Shown piece after piece: positions 10,814 to 19,611 of a DNA stretch of 39,947 nucleotides (position 1 is its first letter; the number at the start of each line of letters is the position of its first letter). Location of the stretch: sequence record SRR2962707_2659, one strand, 5' to 3'. The notes beneath the pieces are model-generated. The model was not told the DNA's origin. It saw nothing but the letters and a program-made list of their open reading frames with translations, and made no database searches. The position numbers were made by a program, and so were the translations under genes.

Positions 10814-12581
10814 GCCCTCCGTTCACCGAATGGGGCGGCGGCCTTTCAGCAGCGCTTCTGGCAACAGAGCGAATATAAGCCTGCGCGGCGGCCTCCTCGT
10901 CTTCGTTGCCAGCGGCAAATGCTTTCTGCACCTCATCTGCGGCGGGGAGGGGAAGCTGCCGCAGCAGTTTCGTTGATATACTTACGGAGCCAGAAATCCT
11001 TCGGAAGCGCGCATCGACTGCTGCCGTATTGAGAAGGCGGCAAAGCATCTTTAGTGAAATTGCCTGCTTCTTGCCGGGAGCCGGAACAACAAGAATGGTG
11101 TGGTTTTCGCTGACGAAGCCACGCCGACCTGGCACTTTAGACTTGCGGACAATTCCGGCGATCAGGCGACGCTTTTGTTTCCGATTACTTGTCCGCTGAA
11201 GAAGTATCGCATCAGTCTCAACGATGGCCGTGCTGCGGTGATTTATTTTCACAAAACCGACTCGTCCGCTGTTGTCATCCCGGTCACGAGGCTCACAGAT
11301 CGCATCAGGCACAACGTTGTGCGCCCAAAACAGCGGAACTTCGTTTGCTCTCGGTTTGAACCCGGTACGATAGCGGTCCTGCTCGCGGTTCCAGACAAAG
11401 TAGCCAGCCTTGGCTAGATATCCGTAGTCCTCAAGCGTCTGCAGGCCATCCTGAAAAAAGCTGTCGCTTTGAACCCCATCGGGCAGCGCCCAAATTCGTT
11501 CACCTGCGTCTGCTGGAAGATCAATACGCCCCAGATTGCAGGGCGATTCATCAATCAATAAGCGCGAACTAGCGGCTGCATCTTTAGTTGCCCTACCGCC
11601 TTTCTTGCGCAACACGAGGACACAGACGTCGTATAGAACATCAATGAATAAGTCGCTGCGTTTATCAATGGGGTCGAGGCGCAACACATAGGACGCTTCA
11701 AGGATGCGCTTTCTCAAGGCAGCAAAATAAGCGCCTCCCACGAAGGACATCGGAACGATAAGGCAGATCAGCCCGCCGGGGCGCACCCACCGCAATGCTT
11801 GCTCGACAAAGAGAGCGTACAGGTTGACATACCCGTCATTAATCACGGGAGCAAAACGTGTAGTGAGCGCCGCGGAGGGACGAAGAACGCGACCGTAAGG
11901 CGGATTTCCAACAATCGCATCATAGAGACGCGCAGGCGGGTCGAGTTTGAGCGTGTTCGCACGCTTAAGCGAAATATCTAGGCGCCGACGCGCTGCAGTC
12001 AGTTCCGGAGCGAGTAAGTCGGAGAGCAATATGTGAGATAGCTCAGCTAGGCGAGGTTCTATCTCCACACCGGCAAGCGTTGACTCAATAGAATGGAGGA
12101 TCGTCTCTGGAGCCGTATCTTTCCGACGCGAGCTGTATGCAATCCTGGCGGCAAGAGGAACTAGAAACGCCGCTCCGCCGGAAGCGGGATCGAGTATGCG
12201 ATGTTTGCCGGGCTCGATGCCTGCTTCGAGTAGAATGTCGAGAACGTAGTGAACCAAATGGGGCGGTGTGAAATAGGCCGCGAGGCGTTGCCGCCGTCCT
12301 ACGGGCATCAATAAGGCGTATAGGCTTGAAATCCAGTAGTGTTTTTCTGCGGGACGTAGACCAGAGAAAAATTCTTTCGCTCGCGGATCGACCAAGCAAT
12401 CTTCGACAACAGCCCTACAAATCTGTAGCGGAGACATTTCGGAGTTTTGCAGTGACGTTGCTATCTCACGAAGGTCGCGCAGTCGCCGCCTACTTACTGA
12501 CAGCGGACTTGTTTCGCCTATGTCCTCTAGGTTTGCCCACTCATGATATGAACTCACATGTTGGGCGTTTCCAATTTTCAT
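10800..12581 (-). CDS. N6-adenine DNA methyltransferase (gamma class), 593 aa
   Basis: YFTPP, ILDPASGGAAFL (SAM binding), GVEIE, IVGNPPY catalytic motif, C-terminal target-recognition region. Confidence 0.93.
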   Translation of the reverse strand: MKIGNAQHVSSYHEWANLEDIGETSPLSVSRRRLRDLREIATSLQNSEMSPLQICRAVVEDCLVDPRAKEFFSGLRPAEKHYWISSLYALLMPVGRRQRLAAYFTPPHLVHYVLDILLEAGIEPGKHRILDPASGGAAFLVPLAARIAYSSRRKDTAPETILHSIESTLAGVEIEPRLAELSHILLSDLLAPELTAARRRLDISLKRANTLKLDPPARLYDAIVGNPPYGRVLRPSAALTTRFAPVINDGYVNLYALFVEQALRWVRPGGLICLIVPMSFVGGAYFAALRKRILEASYVLRLDPIDKRSDLFIDVLYDVCVLVLRKKGGRATKDAAASSRLLIDESPCNLGRIDLPADAGERIWALPDGVQSDSFFQDGLQTLEDYGYLAKAGYFVWNREQDRYRTGFKPRANEVPLFWAHNVVPDAICEPRDRDDNSGRVGFVKINHRSTAIVETDAILLQRTSNRKQKRRLIAGIVRKSKVPGRRGFVSENHTILVVPAPGKKQAISLKMLCRLLNTAAVDARFRRISGSVSISTKLLRQLPLPAADEVQKAFAAGNEDEEAAAQAYIRSVARSAAERPPPHSVNGGRDVG

Positions 12582-13024
12582 ATCAATTTTCTTAATAGCA
12601 TTGTCTGTTGATCTTTAATTGTTGAATCCACTGCGCGATTTCAGGCCACTGCAGCCCGCCGGCCGCCCTCTACCTCTAAGCCTGGTAGGTGACATCAGAC
12701 GCTAAACAGTACACAGATTTATCTGCGATCCCGAAGCATTCAGCAGCCGCGTTGGCCATCAGCAAGTCGGCGACCATTACCCCCATCAGCCCCCAACCGT
12801 GAGAAAGTACGGGAAAAGCGGACGGCTCCTAAGACTCCATGAGGAACGCGCTCGCGCCCAATCCACACAATCAATTCGTAAAAAATATTACATGTGTGCG
12901 CAATAAAGTCCAAGATTGAAAATACTTATTCTTTCCACTTCAAGTAAATCAGTCTTATTTCTCTGCGCCTCAGGTGCCGCCGCCATAAGCCCGCATCAAC
13001 CCGGAACTTATGGAGGTTTTTGCT

Positions 13025-14560
13025 ATGGGGAACTTACGACCACTGATTTTTCTGATCGCCAGTGTGTGGCGGCATCTGCCGTTTGTCGCCGCGCCGATTG
13101 GGTATCTGGCCTTTGCTGGGCCGGTGCATCATGGCCTTGTTATGGGGGCGCTGTTCGGCCTCTCAGGGCATCTGACGCGGCTGACCGTCACCGGTATCCG
13201 CTTGCGGTTCTTTCCGCACAAACCTAGCCACGGCTCGGCGCGCTTTGCGACGATGGACGAACTTGCCGCTACCGGGCTCTTTAAGCCCGGCGGTGTTCTG
13301 CTCGGCCGCGCCCATGGGCGCATGGTTCGTTACAGCGGCCACGGGCACCTGCTCACCTTCGCGCCGACGCGCAGCGGCAAGGGCGTGGGGTGTGTGATCC
13401 CGAACCTGCTCTCCTGGGAGAAGTCGGCCATTGTCACCGACATTAAAGGCGAGAACTTCGCCATCACCCATGCCCACCGGCGAACTCTGGGCCCGGTCTA
13501 TGCCATGGCCCCATTCGCAGAAGACAGCGAGAGCGCCCGCTACAACCCGTTCGACTTCATCCGCATCTGCACGCATTACGAACTGGATGACGCGCGGCTT
13601 ATCGCGGAAATGTTGGTCGCCCCAGAACAAGCGGAAGCCAACCACTGGGAGCGGGAAGCGCGAACGCTGATAACCGGCCTCGTGCTCTACATCCGGCGGC
13701 AATGTCTGGTCGGCAAACGCAACCCGGCATACCTGCGCGAACTGCTGATGGAAGATCAGGAAGGGTTCGAGCTGGTCATACAAAGGATGTCGAACAGCGA
13801 TATCGACACCGTCGCCCGTATAGCCCGGGGCTTTTCCCAGAAGGAAGCCAAGGAACGCTCGGCGGTTATCTCCACCGCACAGGCGGCAACGGCGGTCTTT
13901 GACAGTGAGCCACTGGCAAAGCTGACAGAGTGGTCCGACTTCGACCTGGAGGAACTCAAGGAGAAGACGGGCACGCTCTATATCATCGTGCCGCCTGAGC
14001 ATCTGGAAGCCTACCGGCCCTTCATGCGGCTGATGGTGGGCCTGAGCATGGCCGCAATGACGCGGCGCGGCACCAGCGAGGCTAATCAGGTTCTCTTCCT
14101 ACTGGATGAGCTACCCGCCCTTGGCTACATGCGCCCTATCGAAGAAGGCATCGGCTACATGGCTGGGTACGGCGCGAAGCTGTGGCTCTTCGTGCAGGAC
14201 TTGAATCAGTTGGAGAAGGTCTACCCGAAAGCCCGCTCGATGATCGCCAACTGCGCGGTACGCCAAGCCTTCAACGTGCAGGATTCCGGCACGGCACGTT
14301 TGCTGTCCGACATGCTGGGCGTAACCACGGTCAAGGTGAAATCACAAGGCCGCTCGTCACCGCTACCGATGAACCTGCTGCCGGTGGCATTTCACAGCGG
14401 CCTCTTTGAGACGGCGCGACCTCTGATGACGCCGGACGAAGTCAGCACCCTGTCTCGCGACCAGCAACTGCTGTTCGTGGAAGGCCTGCACGGCATGGTG
14501 ACGCGCAAGCTGCGCTACTTCGACTGGCAGGAATGGCAACTGCGGCGGCGCGCGCAATAG
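13025..14560 (+). CDS. Type IV coupling protein 1 (VirD4/TraG family), 511 aa
   Basis: GGAGG RBS; hydrophobic N-terminus; HGSARFA, APTRSGKG, DIKGE, YNPF, LLDELPALG, QDLNQL, RPLMTPDE. Confidence 0.93.
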   Translation: MGNLRPLIFLIASVWRHLPFVAAPIGYLAFAGPVHHGLVMGALFGLSGHLTRLTVTGIRLRFFPHKPSHGSARFATMDELAATGLFKPGGVLLGRAHGRMVRYSGHGHLLTFAPTRSGKGVGCVIPNLLSWEKSAIVTDIKGENFAITHAHRRTLGPVYAMAPFAEDSESARYNPFDFIRICTHYELDDARLIAEMLVAPEQAEANHWEREARTLITGLVLYIRRQCLVGKRNPAYLRELLMEDQEGFELVIQRMSNSDIDTVARIARGFSQKEAKERSAVISTAQAATAVFDSEPLAKLTEWSDFDLEELKEKTGTLYIIVPPEHLEAYRPFMRLMVGLSMAAMTRRGTSEANQVLFLLDELPALGYMRPIEEGIGYMAGYGAKLWLFVQDLNQLEKVYPKARSMIANCAVRQAFNVQDSGTARLLSDMLGVTTVKVKSQGRSSPLPMNLLPVAFHSGLFETARPLMTPDEVSTLSRDQQLLFVEGLHGMVTRKLRYFDWQEWQLRRRAQ

Positions 14561-14575
14561 GCGCGCGCCCCTGCT

Positions 14576-14971
14576 TCACTTCTGCGGCCACTTTGGATAG
14601 CGACCACCTGTGGAGACCACATAGGCCATGACGAAAACAAGTGTACCAAGCATGATGGCAACCCAATCGCCACCATCCATACTAGACTTGTACGGATAAA
14701 GCGCAGTCCAAACCAGCGTCATAACGAGTGCCGAGAGTGCGAAGACGCCCATGATTTTATAACCGCGCCGCCTCAGGAAGCGCGTGTACTCTTCCAAAAA
14801 TTCGTTAGGGCCCATGCTCGCATAGGTGCTGTTCGGCGCTTCACGCTTGATACGTTCGTAGTTGGCGGCGGCTACCTTGCTCGCGCGCTCCTCCGTTTTA
14901 CGGCGTCCCATGGACGACAGGATCGCCAAGAGCACCAAAGCCAAAAGAAAAAGAACAATGAACAGAAGCAT
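14576..14971 (-). CDS. Membrane protein with about 3 TM segments, 131 aa
   Basis: Three hydrophobic stretches; GGGG RBS. Confidence 0.75.
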   Translation of the reverse strand: MLLFIVLFLLALVLLAILSSMGRRKTEERASKVAAANYERIKREAPNSTYASMGPNEFLEEYTRFLRRRGYKIMGVFALSALVMTLVWTALYPYKSSMDGGDWVAIMLGTLVFVMAYVVSTGGRYPKWPQK

Positions 14972-14988
14972 TACTTCCCCCTACCTTC

Positions 14989-15051
14989 CTATCGGGTCAC
15001 GAACACCGCTAGCACCAGCACCGCCAGAACCAGAATGATGATCAAAAGCAT
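14989..15051 (-). CDS. Putative 20-aa single-pass membrane peptide MLLIIILVLAVLVLAVFVTR
   Basis: ATG after AGGGG; fills gap in same-strand cluster; resembles N-terminus of next gene. Confidence 0.45.
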   Translation of the reverse strand: MLLIIILVLAVLVLAVFVTR

Positions 15052-15104
15052 AGAAGCCCCCTGCCTGCCGCCGGTGCGGCAGAAGTTTCGGCACCAAAAT
15101 TGAG

Positions 15105-15533
15105 TTACGGATTGCCCACGACAATCTTGAGTTTGTCGTCGGACATTTTCGCGATGTAGATGCCGGGAATGCGTTCGAAGTAGCCCTTCCGGGTTGTCTC
15201 GCCGCTGATGATCCACTTGCCCGGTGCGACTTCCTCGGCTTTCGTCCCAGCCAGCGTCTCCGCGTCGTCCCATTCGCGGCAGCTTCTCGCAAGTTTTGCC
15301 GCACTCGACGGGTGCGTCCGCAAGCGGACGAGACCCTCTACGTATTGCGCAGCTCCGTAGCCCGGCGCCATGTACTTGGACGTGAGTTCTTCTTTCGATT
15401 GGGAGCCACAGTAAGCAGCCTTCTCAAACTCCACATAGAATCCGCTTGGGGTTTGCGACTCCCCGCAACCCGCGAGCAACACGGCTCCCGTCACTGACAA
15501 CACCGCCGCACTGCGGCTCCACAAATTCTTCAT
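15105..15533 (-). CDS. Lipoprotein, 142 aa
   Basis: GGGAG RBS; signal peptide ending in lipobox LLAG-C. Confidence 0.8.
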   Translation of the reverse strand: MKNLWSRSAAVLSVTGAVLLAGCGESQTPSGFYVEFEKAAYCGSQSKEELTSKYMAPGYGAAQYVEGLVRLRTHPSSAAKLARSCREWDDAETLAGTKAEEVAPGKWIISGETTRKGYFERIPGIYIAKMSDDKLKIVVGNP

Positions 15534-15570
15534 GACTCCCCCCATTGGGCTTGCAAGAGAACGTCGGTGC

Positions 15571-15966
15571 TTACTGGGCGAGTTCTGCCTCGCACTCCAT
15601 TCCGGCACGCGCGCCTTCACCGGCGTACTGAGCATTGGCTTTCCTTAATTCAGCTTCCGACATACCGGTCCTCTCCACCGCCTCCTGCACGGTTGTTGCG
15701 CCATCGACCGCCACCGTCAGCTTCACCCACGTTGAAAAATCTTCCTTGCTGAGGTTGGCCTTCATCTTGTCGAAGACACATTCACATACGGCCTCTTCGC
15801 CGCCCATCTGAGCGCACCCCGACATACTCATCTCTTTAGTGCGCGCTTCGTCAGCGGCGGTGTAGCTCGCCTGCTCTTCGCCACAAGCGGCGAGTGCGAG
15901 CGCGCCCAACGCGATGGCCAGCACTTTCAAGCCGAGCGGCTTGGTGTTCATAGATTGAGATTTCAT
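15571..15966 (-). CDS. Lipoprotein, about 131 aa
   Basis: Signal peptide with lipobox LALAA-C; Cys motif C..CEC..C. Confidence 0.8.
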   Translation of the reverse strand: MKSQSMNTKPLGLKVLAIALGALALAACGEEQASYTAADEARTKEMSMSGCAQMGGEEAVCECVFDKMKANLSKEDFSTWVKLTVAVDGATTVQEAVERTGMSEAELRKANAQYAGEGARAGMECEAELAQ

Positions 15967-16019
15967 CCGTAGACCTATTGGTAGTGTGTTCGGCTGAACA
16001 CGGAGCGTTGAAGAATGGA

Positions 16020-16044
16020 GTTACAGAATCCCCAATTCGGTCAC
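16020..16044. repeat. Left recombination site (IRL) of small recombinase
   Basis: GTTACAGAATCCCCAATTCGGTCAC: imperfect palindromic arms around asymmetric core; inverted copy at 16711-16735. Confidence 0.8.
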
Positions 16045-16082
16045 TGCACCCACGCGAACCTGTTAGGCTGGATAGATATGAA

Positions 16083-16697
16083 ATGCCGCATAAGGGAGAG
16101 ACCGAGTTCAACAATGATCACCACAAGCAATGGAGCCTGTACGACCAGTCCGGCCACCGAAAATATCTGACAGCCAAAGAGCGCCGCGCCTTCATGGCCG
16201 CCGCTGCCGAGCGCCCCGCAGACGTGCATGCACTCTGCTGGCTTATCGCCGAAACCGGCTGCCGCCTCACGGAAGCATTGGAGCTAACCGCCGACCGGAT
16301 CGATCCAAGCCGGGGCGTCGTGATCTTCGAGAGCTTGAAGAAGCGGCGGAAAGGCATCTACCGGGCGGTGCCGGTGCGCAAGGAACTGATCGCCGCGCTT
16401 TCCAGCATCGCCCAGGGCGACAAGACCAGCGCTCTATGGAGCTGGTGCCGCATGACGGCCTACCGCCGTATCACCGAAACGATGGAGCTCGCGAAGGTCT
16501 CAGGCCCTCACGCCAATGCGCGCGGCCTCAGGCATAGCTTTGCTATTGCCGCGCTCGAAGCAGGCGTCCCGCTCAACCTCGTGCAGCGCTGGCTAGGCCA
16601 TGCAGACATGGCGACAACCGCCATTTACGCCGATGCGATTGGTACGGAAGAACGCAAATTAGCGAGCCGACTCTGGAAGGCGGAAATGGGAAAATAG
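16083..16697 (+). CDS. Small catalytic-domain tyrosine recombinase (FimB/FimE-sized invertase-like), about 204 aa
   Basis: TGCRLTE, GLRHSF, LGH, TTAIY; lacks arm-binding domain; start uncertain. Confidence 0.88.
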   Translation: MPHKGETEFNNDHHKQWSLYDQSGHRKYLTAKERRAFMAAAAERPADVHALCWLIAETGCRLTEALELTADRIDPSRGVVIFESLKKRRKGIYRAVPVRKELIAALSSIAQGDKTSALWSWCRMTAYRRITETMELAKVSGPHANARGLRHSFAIAALEAGVPLNLVQRWLGHADMATTAIYADAIGTEERKLASRLWKAEMGK

Positions 16698-16710
16698 GGG
16701 GTTGATTTGT

Positions 16711-16735
16711 GTGACAAAATTGGGGATTCGGTCAC
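16711..16735. repeat. Right recombination site (IRR) of small recombinase
   Basis: GTGACAAAATTGGGGATTCGGTCAC; reverse complement matches IRL 21/25 with identical GAATCCCCAATT core. Confidence 0.8.
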
Positions 16736-16765
16736 ACCGCGACACTAGCACTTTGCCGAACAAAT

Positions 16766-16798
16766 GAAAGAAGCCGCCCCCGAAGGGGCGGCTTTCTT
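16766..16798. terminator. Probable bidirectional terminator
   Basis: AAGCCGCCCC-CGAA-GGGGCGGCTT with T-rich tails on both strands, between convergent recombinase and relaxase. Confidence 0.75.
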
Positions 16799-16816
16799 CG
16801 TTCCAAACTCGTCGTT

Positions 16817-18520
16817 TCAGAAGCGCGGCCCCGGCATCTCCCTCTCCATCTCTTTCACTTTCTCATTCTCCCGGCTGCGTTCCTCATACTCGTGGAGCGC
16901 CCGCACAAGTTGGCGTTTGTAGTCGTAGGCATAGTTGCTCGCGCGGATGGCCTTCTCCGTCACCCGTGACAGGGCTGCGGCGCGGCGCTCAAGCGCCCTT
17001 CCCAGCATCTTGTGCAAGTAGGCGTCGGTGCCGGTGCGCTGGTGGATCAGCTCAAAGTCTCGTTTGGCGATCTTCACCTGCCGGCGGCCGTCTTCGATCT
17101 TGTCGTTCCAGTGGCTAACGTCCTGCTGCGCCCTGCGCCAGCGGCTGCGCCGGTGTTTGAGGTAACGCAGAGACACTTCCGCCTTCTTGCGCGTTTCATC
17201 CTTGGCGATCCCGACATTCAGGCCGCGCAGACCTCCGGCGAGGCCGGGCTTCTCCTTGAGCATGCGGGCGGTTTCTTCAACGCCGAACTGCGCTTCCATC
17301 TTCATCCAGATACGCTCGGCCTTGGCCGGGTCTTTGAACGTGACCGTAAGCGACTCCCGGAAGCTCTCGCGCCAGCGTGTTTCAAACTTCGTCGCGCGGT
17401 CATGCCGACTGTGGGCGTAGGCCGCATCCCGCTCGGCGCGGAATAGCCGCCTCTCGCCATACCGGTAGTGCGCGTCCAGACCTTTCCAGTAGTGGACGGC
17501 CATTTGCGCGTGATCGAGTTCGGTCATGGCGTCTCTGGTCTTCTTGCGCGCGACCCGCTCTTCCGCCGCGCGAAGCCGGTCGGCGCGGCGGAGTTGCGCG
17601 GGCGTCATATTCTCGCTGCCGGGGATGGGGTGCTTGCGCTTCTCCGCCGCCACAAGTTCGTCAATCCGCGTCAACTCCCAGTCGTCAAACGTCTCGCCGA
17701 ACCGTTCCTCCAGCTCCGTAAGCCGCACACCCTTGCCCATTTGCGAAAGCTTGGCCGCTTCGTCCCCGCGCACCAGCACGAGGCCCCGACCCTTGCGCTG
17801 CAACTGGAGGCCATACGCCCCAACACGCGCGGACAAGTCGGCCCATGACGTGGCGTTGTAGAAGTGCGGGGCCACCCTCTCCCGCAGTGATTTCACATCT
17901 TCCCAGTTCATATCCGGGATGGGCGGGCGGTTGTTGCGCCGGGCCAGCCAATACTCGGCGTCCGTCACGGTGGCGCGAGTATCGCCAAAATCTTCCTGTA
18001 GCTCTTGTTCTGGGATGCGGGCTTTGTCCCGCCCGCGTTCTTTGGCGATGTTGAGGTCGCGCTCGCGGGCGATCTCGCGCACCAGCGCCGTGAGGCGCTT
18101 GCCGTCATTGTGACGGCTGTAGGCTTTGCCGGTCTGCGGATGAATCCGGTTCACTAGGAAGTGGATGTGCGGATGCTCGGTATCCCGATGGGCGTAGATC
18201 AGAGCTTGATAGTCGCTCAGGCCAAGGCGCTCGATGGCGTCAAAGGCGATCTCGCGCATGATGCCGGGGTCAACCTTCCTGGCCTTGGCGTCTTTCGGGT
18301 CGAAGGCCAGCACGAAATGGTAGGCCGGGTTGCGGCACCGCGTGGACTGGGCGGCGGTCGCCGCCATCACAGCGGCGGCGGCTTCGGGATTGTCAGTCTG
18401 AAGGTTGCGCGTCTCAACCCACTCGACGCGATCGGGGCTGAGCTTGGCGGTGTTGCCCGACAGATAAAGCGCCGATGCGCGAAAATTTGCAGGCTGCTTT
18501 TTGGGGATTTTGAAGCGCAT
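16817..18520 (-). CDS. MOBP (VirD2-like) relaxase with BID-like C-terminal region, 567 aa
   Basis: N-terminal Tyr (ALYL), YHFVLAF, HRDTEHPHIHFLVNRIHP; C-terminal KDP..PGLAGGLRG..G..K..RKKAE. Confidence 0.92.
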   Translation of the reverse strand: MRFKIPKKQPANFRASALYLSGNTAKLSPDRVEWVETRNLQTDNPEAAAAVMAATAAQSTRCRNPAYHFVLAFDPKDAKARKVDPGIMREIAFDAIERLGLSDYQALIYAHRDTEHPHIHFLVNRIHPQTGKAYSRHNDGKRLTALVREIARERDLNIAKERGRDKARIPEQELQEDFGDTRATVTDAEYWLARRNNRPPIPDMNWEDVKSLRERVAPHFYNATSWADLSARVGAYGLQLQRKGRGLVLVRGDEAAKLSQMGKGVRLTELEERFGETFDDWELTRIDELVAAEKRKHPIPGSENMTPAQLRRADRLRAAEERVARKKTRDAMTELDHAQMAVHYWKGLDAHYRYGERRLFRAERDAAYAHSRHDRATKFETRWRESFRESLTVTFKDPAKAERIWMKMEAQFGVEETARMLKEKPGLAGGLRGLNVGIAKDETRKKAEVSLRYLKHRRSRWRRAQQDVSHWNDKIEDGRRQVKIAKRDFELIHQRTGTDAYLHKMLGRALERRAAALSRVTEKAIRASNYAYDYKRQLVRALHEYEERSRENEKVKEMEREMPGPRF

Positions 18521-18523
18521 CCA

Positions 18524-19114
18524 TCACCTCCCCCCGCGTGACGGCGGCTCGTGAGACGGGCCCGGAGATTGCGCGCCCTCTTTCGGCGGCTTGCCTGCGT
18601 CCTTGTTGGCGGTTGTTGGTGCCACTGAGGCTTCATGCAGTGGCTCCAGCGCTGCGCGCATAGCTTCGAACGCTTCGTCGCGAAGCTCGCTCGGCACATC
18701 GTGGCCGCTGTTGGCCATATGCGCCAGCCGGTTGACCGTGTGCCCGGCCGTGTTGAGCGGCTCGATCTGGGCCTCGATCATCTCAGCGAGATCGTTGCGG
18801 CCCAGCAGTTGCTCCACCAACTGCCCGCCTGTGTACCGCGCCCAGCGGGCGTAGACCTCTTCGCCGGTTACGTCCGCCAGCTGCTGGAAGTTGGTCGCTG
18901 CCGATTGCAGCTCGTACAGCAGCTTCTGAAAGATGATGAGCTGCGCCGGGCGGGCGCGGGGGCGTTTACCCAGAACCGTCTCCCGCGCATAGCGCCCGAA
19001 AGGCATCCCAGCGGCGGCAGCATGGGTCTTGAACTGCGCCAGCTCCGCATCCGTGAGGCGGATATTTACAACGTGGCGGCGCCTGTCGGCCGGGCTCTTA
19101 CGCGGCCGTGCCAT
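18524..19114 (-). CDS. mobC: MobC-like ribbon-helix-helix relaxosome accessory protein, 196 aa
   Basis: VNIRLTDAE..AAAAG..YAR; between oriT and relaxase. Confidence 0.85.
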   Translation of the reverse strand: MARPRKSPADRRRHVVNIRLTDAELAQFKTHAAAAGMPFGRYARETVLGKRPRARPAQLIIFQKLLYELQSAATNFQQLADVTGEEVYARWARYTGGQLVEQLLGRNDLAEMIEAQIEPLNTAGHTVNRLAHMANSGHDVPSELRDEAFEAMRAALEPLHEASVAPTTANKDAGKPPKEGAQSPGPSHEPPSRGGR

Positions 19115-19210
19115 CGCCGTATCGCCCCGTTGTAAGGCGCAGAATGCGCCCCTCGCTTGCGAGCAAGACGAAGCCCTTGAGACCCCGCCAGGTGGTCGAA
19201 TGTGGCTGAG

Positions 19211-19304
19211 TTTTCGCCTGAAAGCCCCTCACAGCACGTCTGACGGCACTGCCACCGGCAGCCGTCCGTGCGAGGGGTTTTTGTAGGCGAAAATACATCT
19301 TGCC
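19211..19304 (+). other. Origin of transfer (oriT): long inverted repeat plus nic-like site
   Basis: Stem TTTTCGCCT..CCCCTC..GACGG / CCGTC..GAGGGG..AGGCGAAAA (19211-19293) immediately followed by TACATCTTG^CC, resembling MOBP YATCCTG^Y. Confidence 0.72.
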
Positions 19305-19514
19305 TCCCTACTGAAACAAAGTTTCTTCTTCCACTGTATGGAGTTACGCGGGAACCAAGGAACATGTGCACTCAAACACTAGCAATAAAAAGCCTACAAT
19401 AACAACACCCATATGGGACCGCCAACACCTCTCAATGCCCATCAGCAAAGATTCCCGATGTCAGGCGCAAAGCGGCTGACAGGGGTCCGCGCTGGGCTAA
19501 TGAGAGGTTGGCAG

Positions 19515-19596
19515 CACAATAAACGAGTAAATGATTGACACAATAAACTAATTGATGTACAACACAATAAACTAACTAATGAACAACACGATAAAC
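19515..19596 (+). repeat. Four direct repeats CACAATAAAC with exact 24-bp period
   Basis: Copies at 19515, 19539, 19563, 19587 (last CACGATAAAC), ending 15 bp before fic start. Confidence 0.9.
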
Positions 19597-19611
19597 GAAT
19601 TGACCTAAGCC

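Noticed and set aside
12600-13000. ncRNA or small gene between the MTase and T4CP1
   Set aside because: No convincing structure or ORF; treated as a divergent promoter region
19515-19596. CRISPR-like array
   Set aside because: 10-bp repeats with 14-bp semi-conserved spacers are too short, and no cas genes are present
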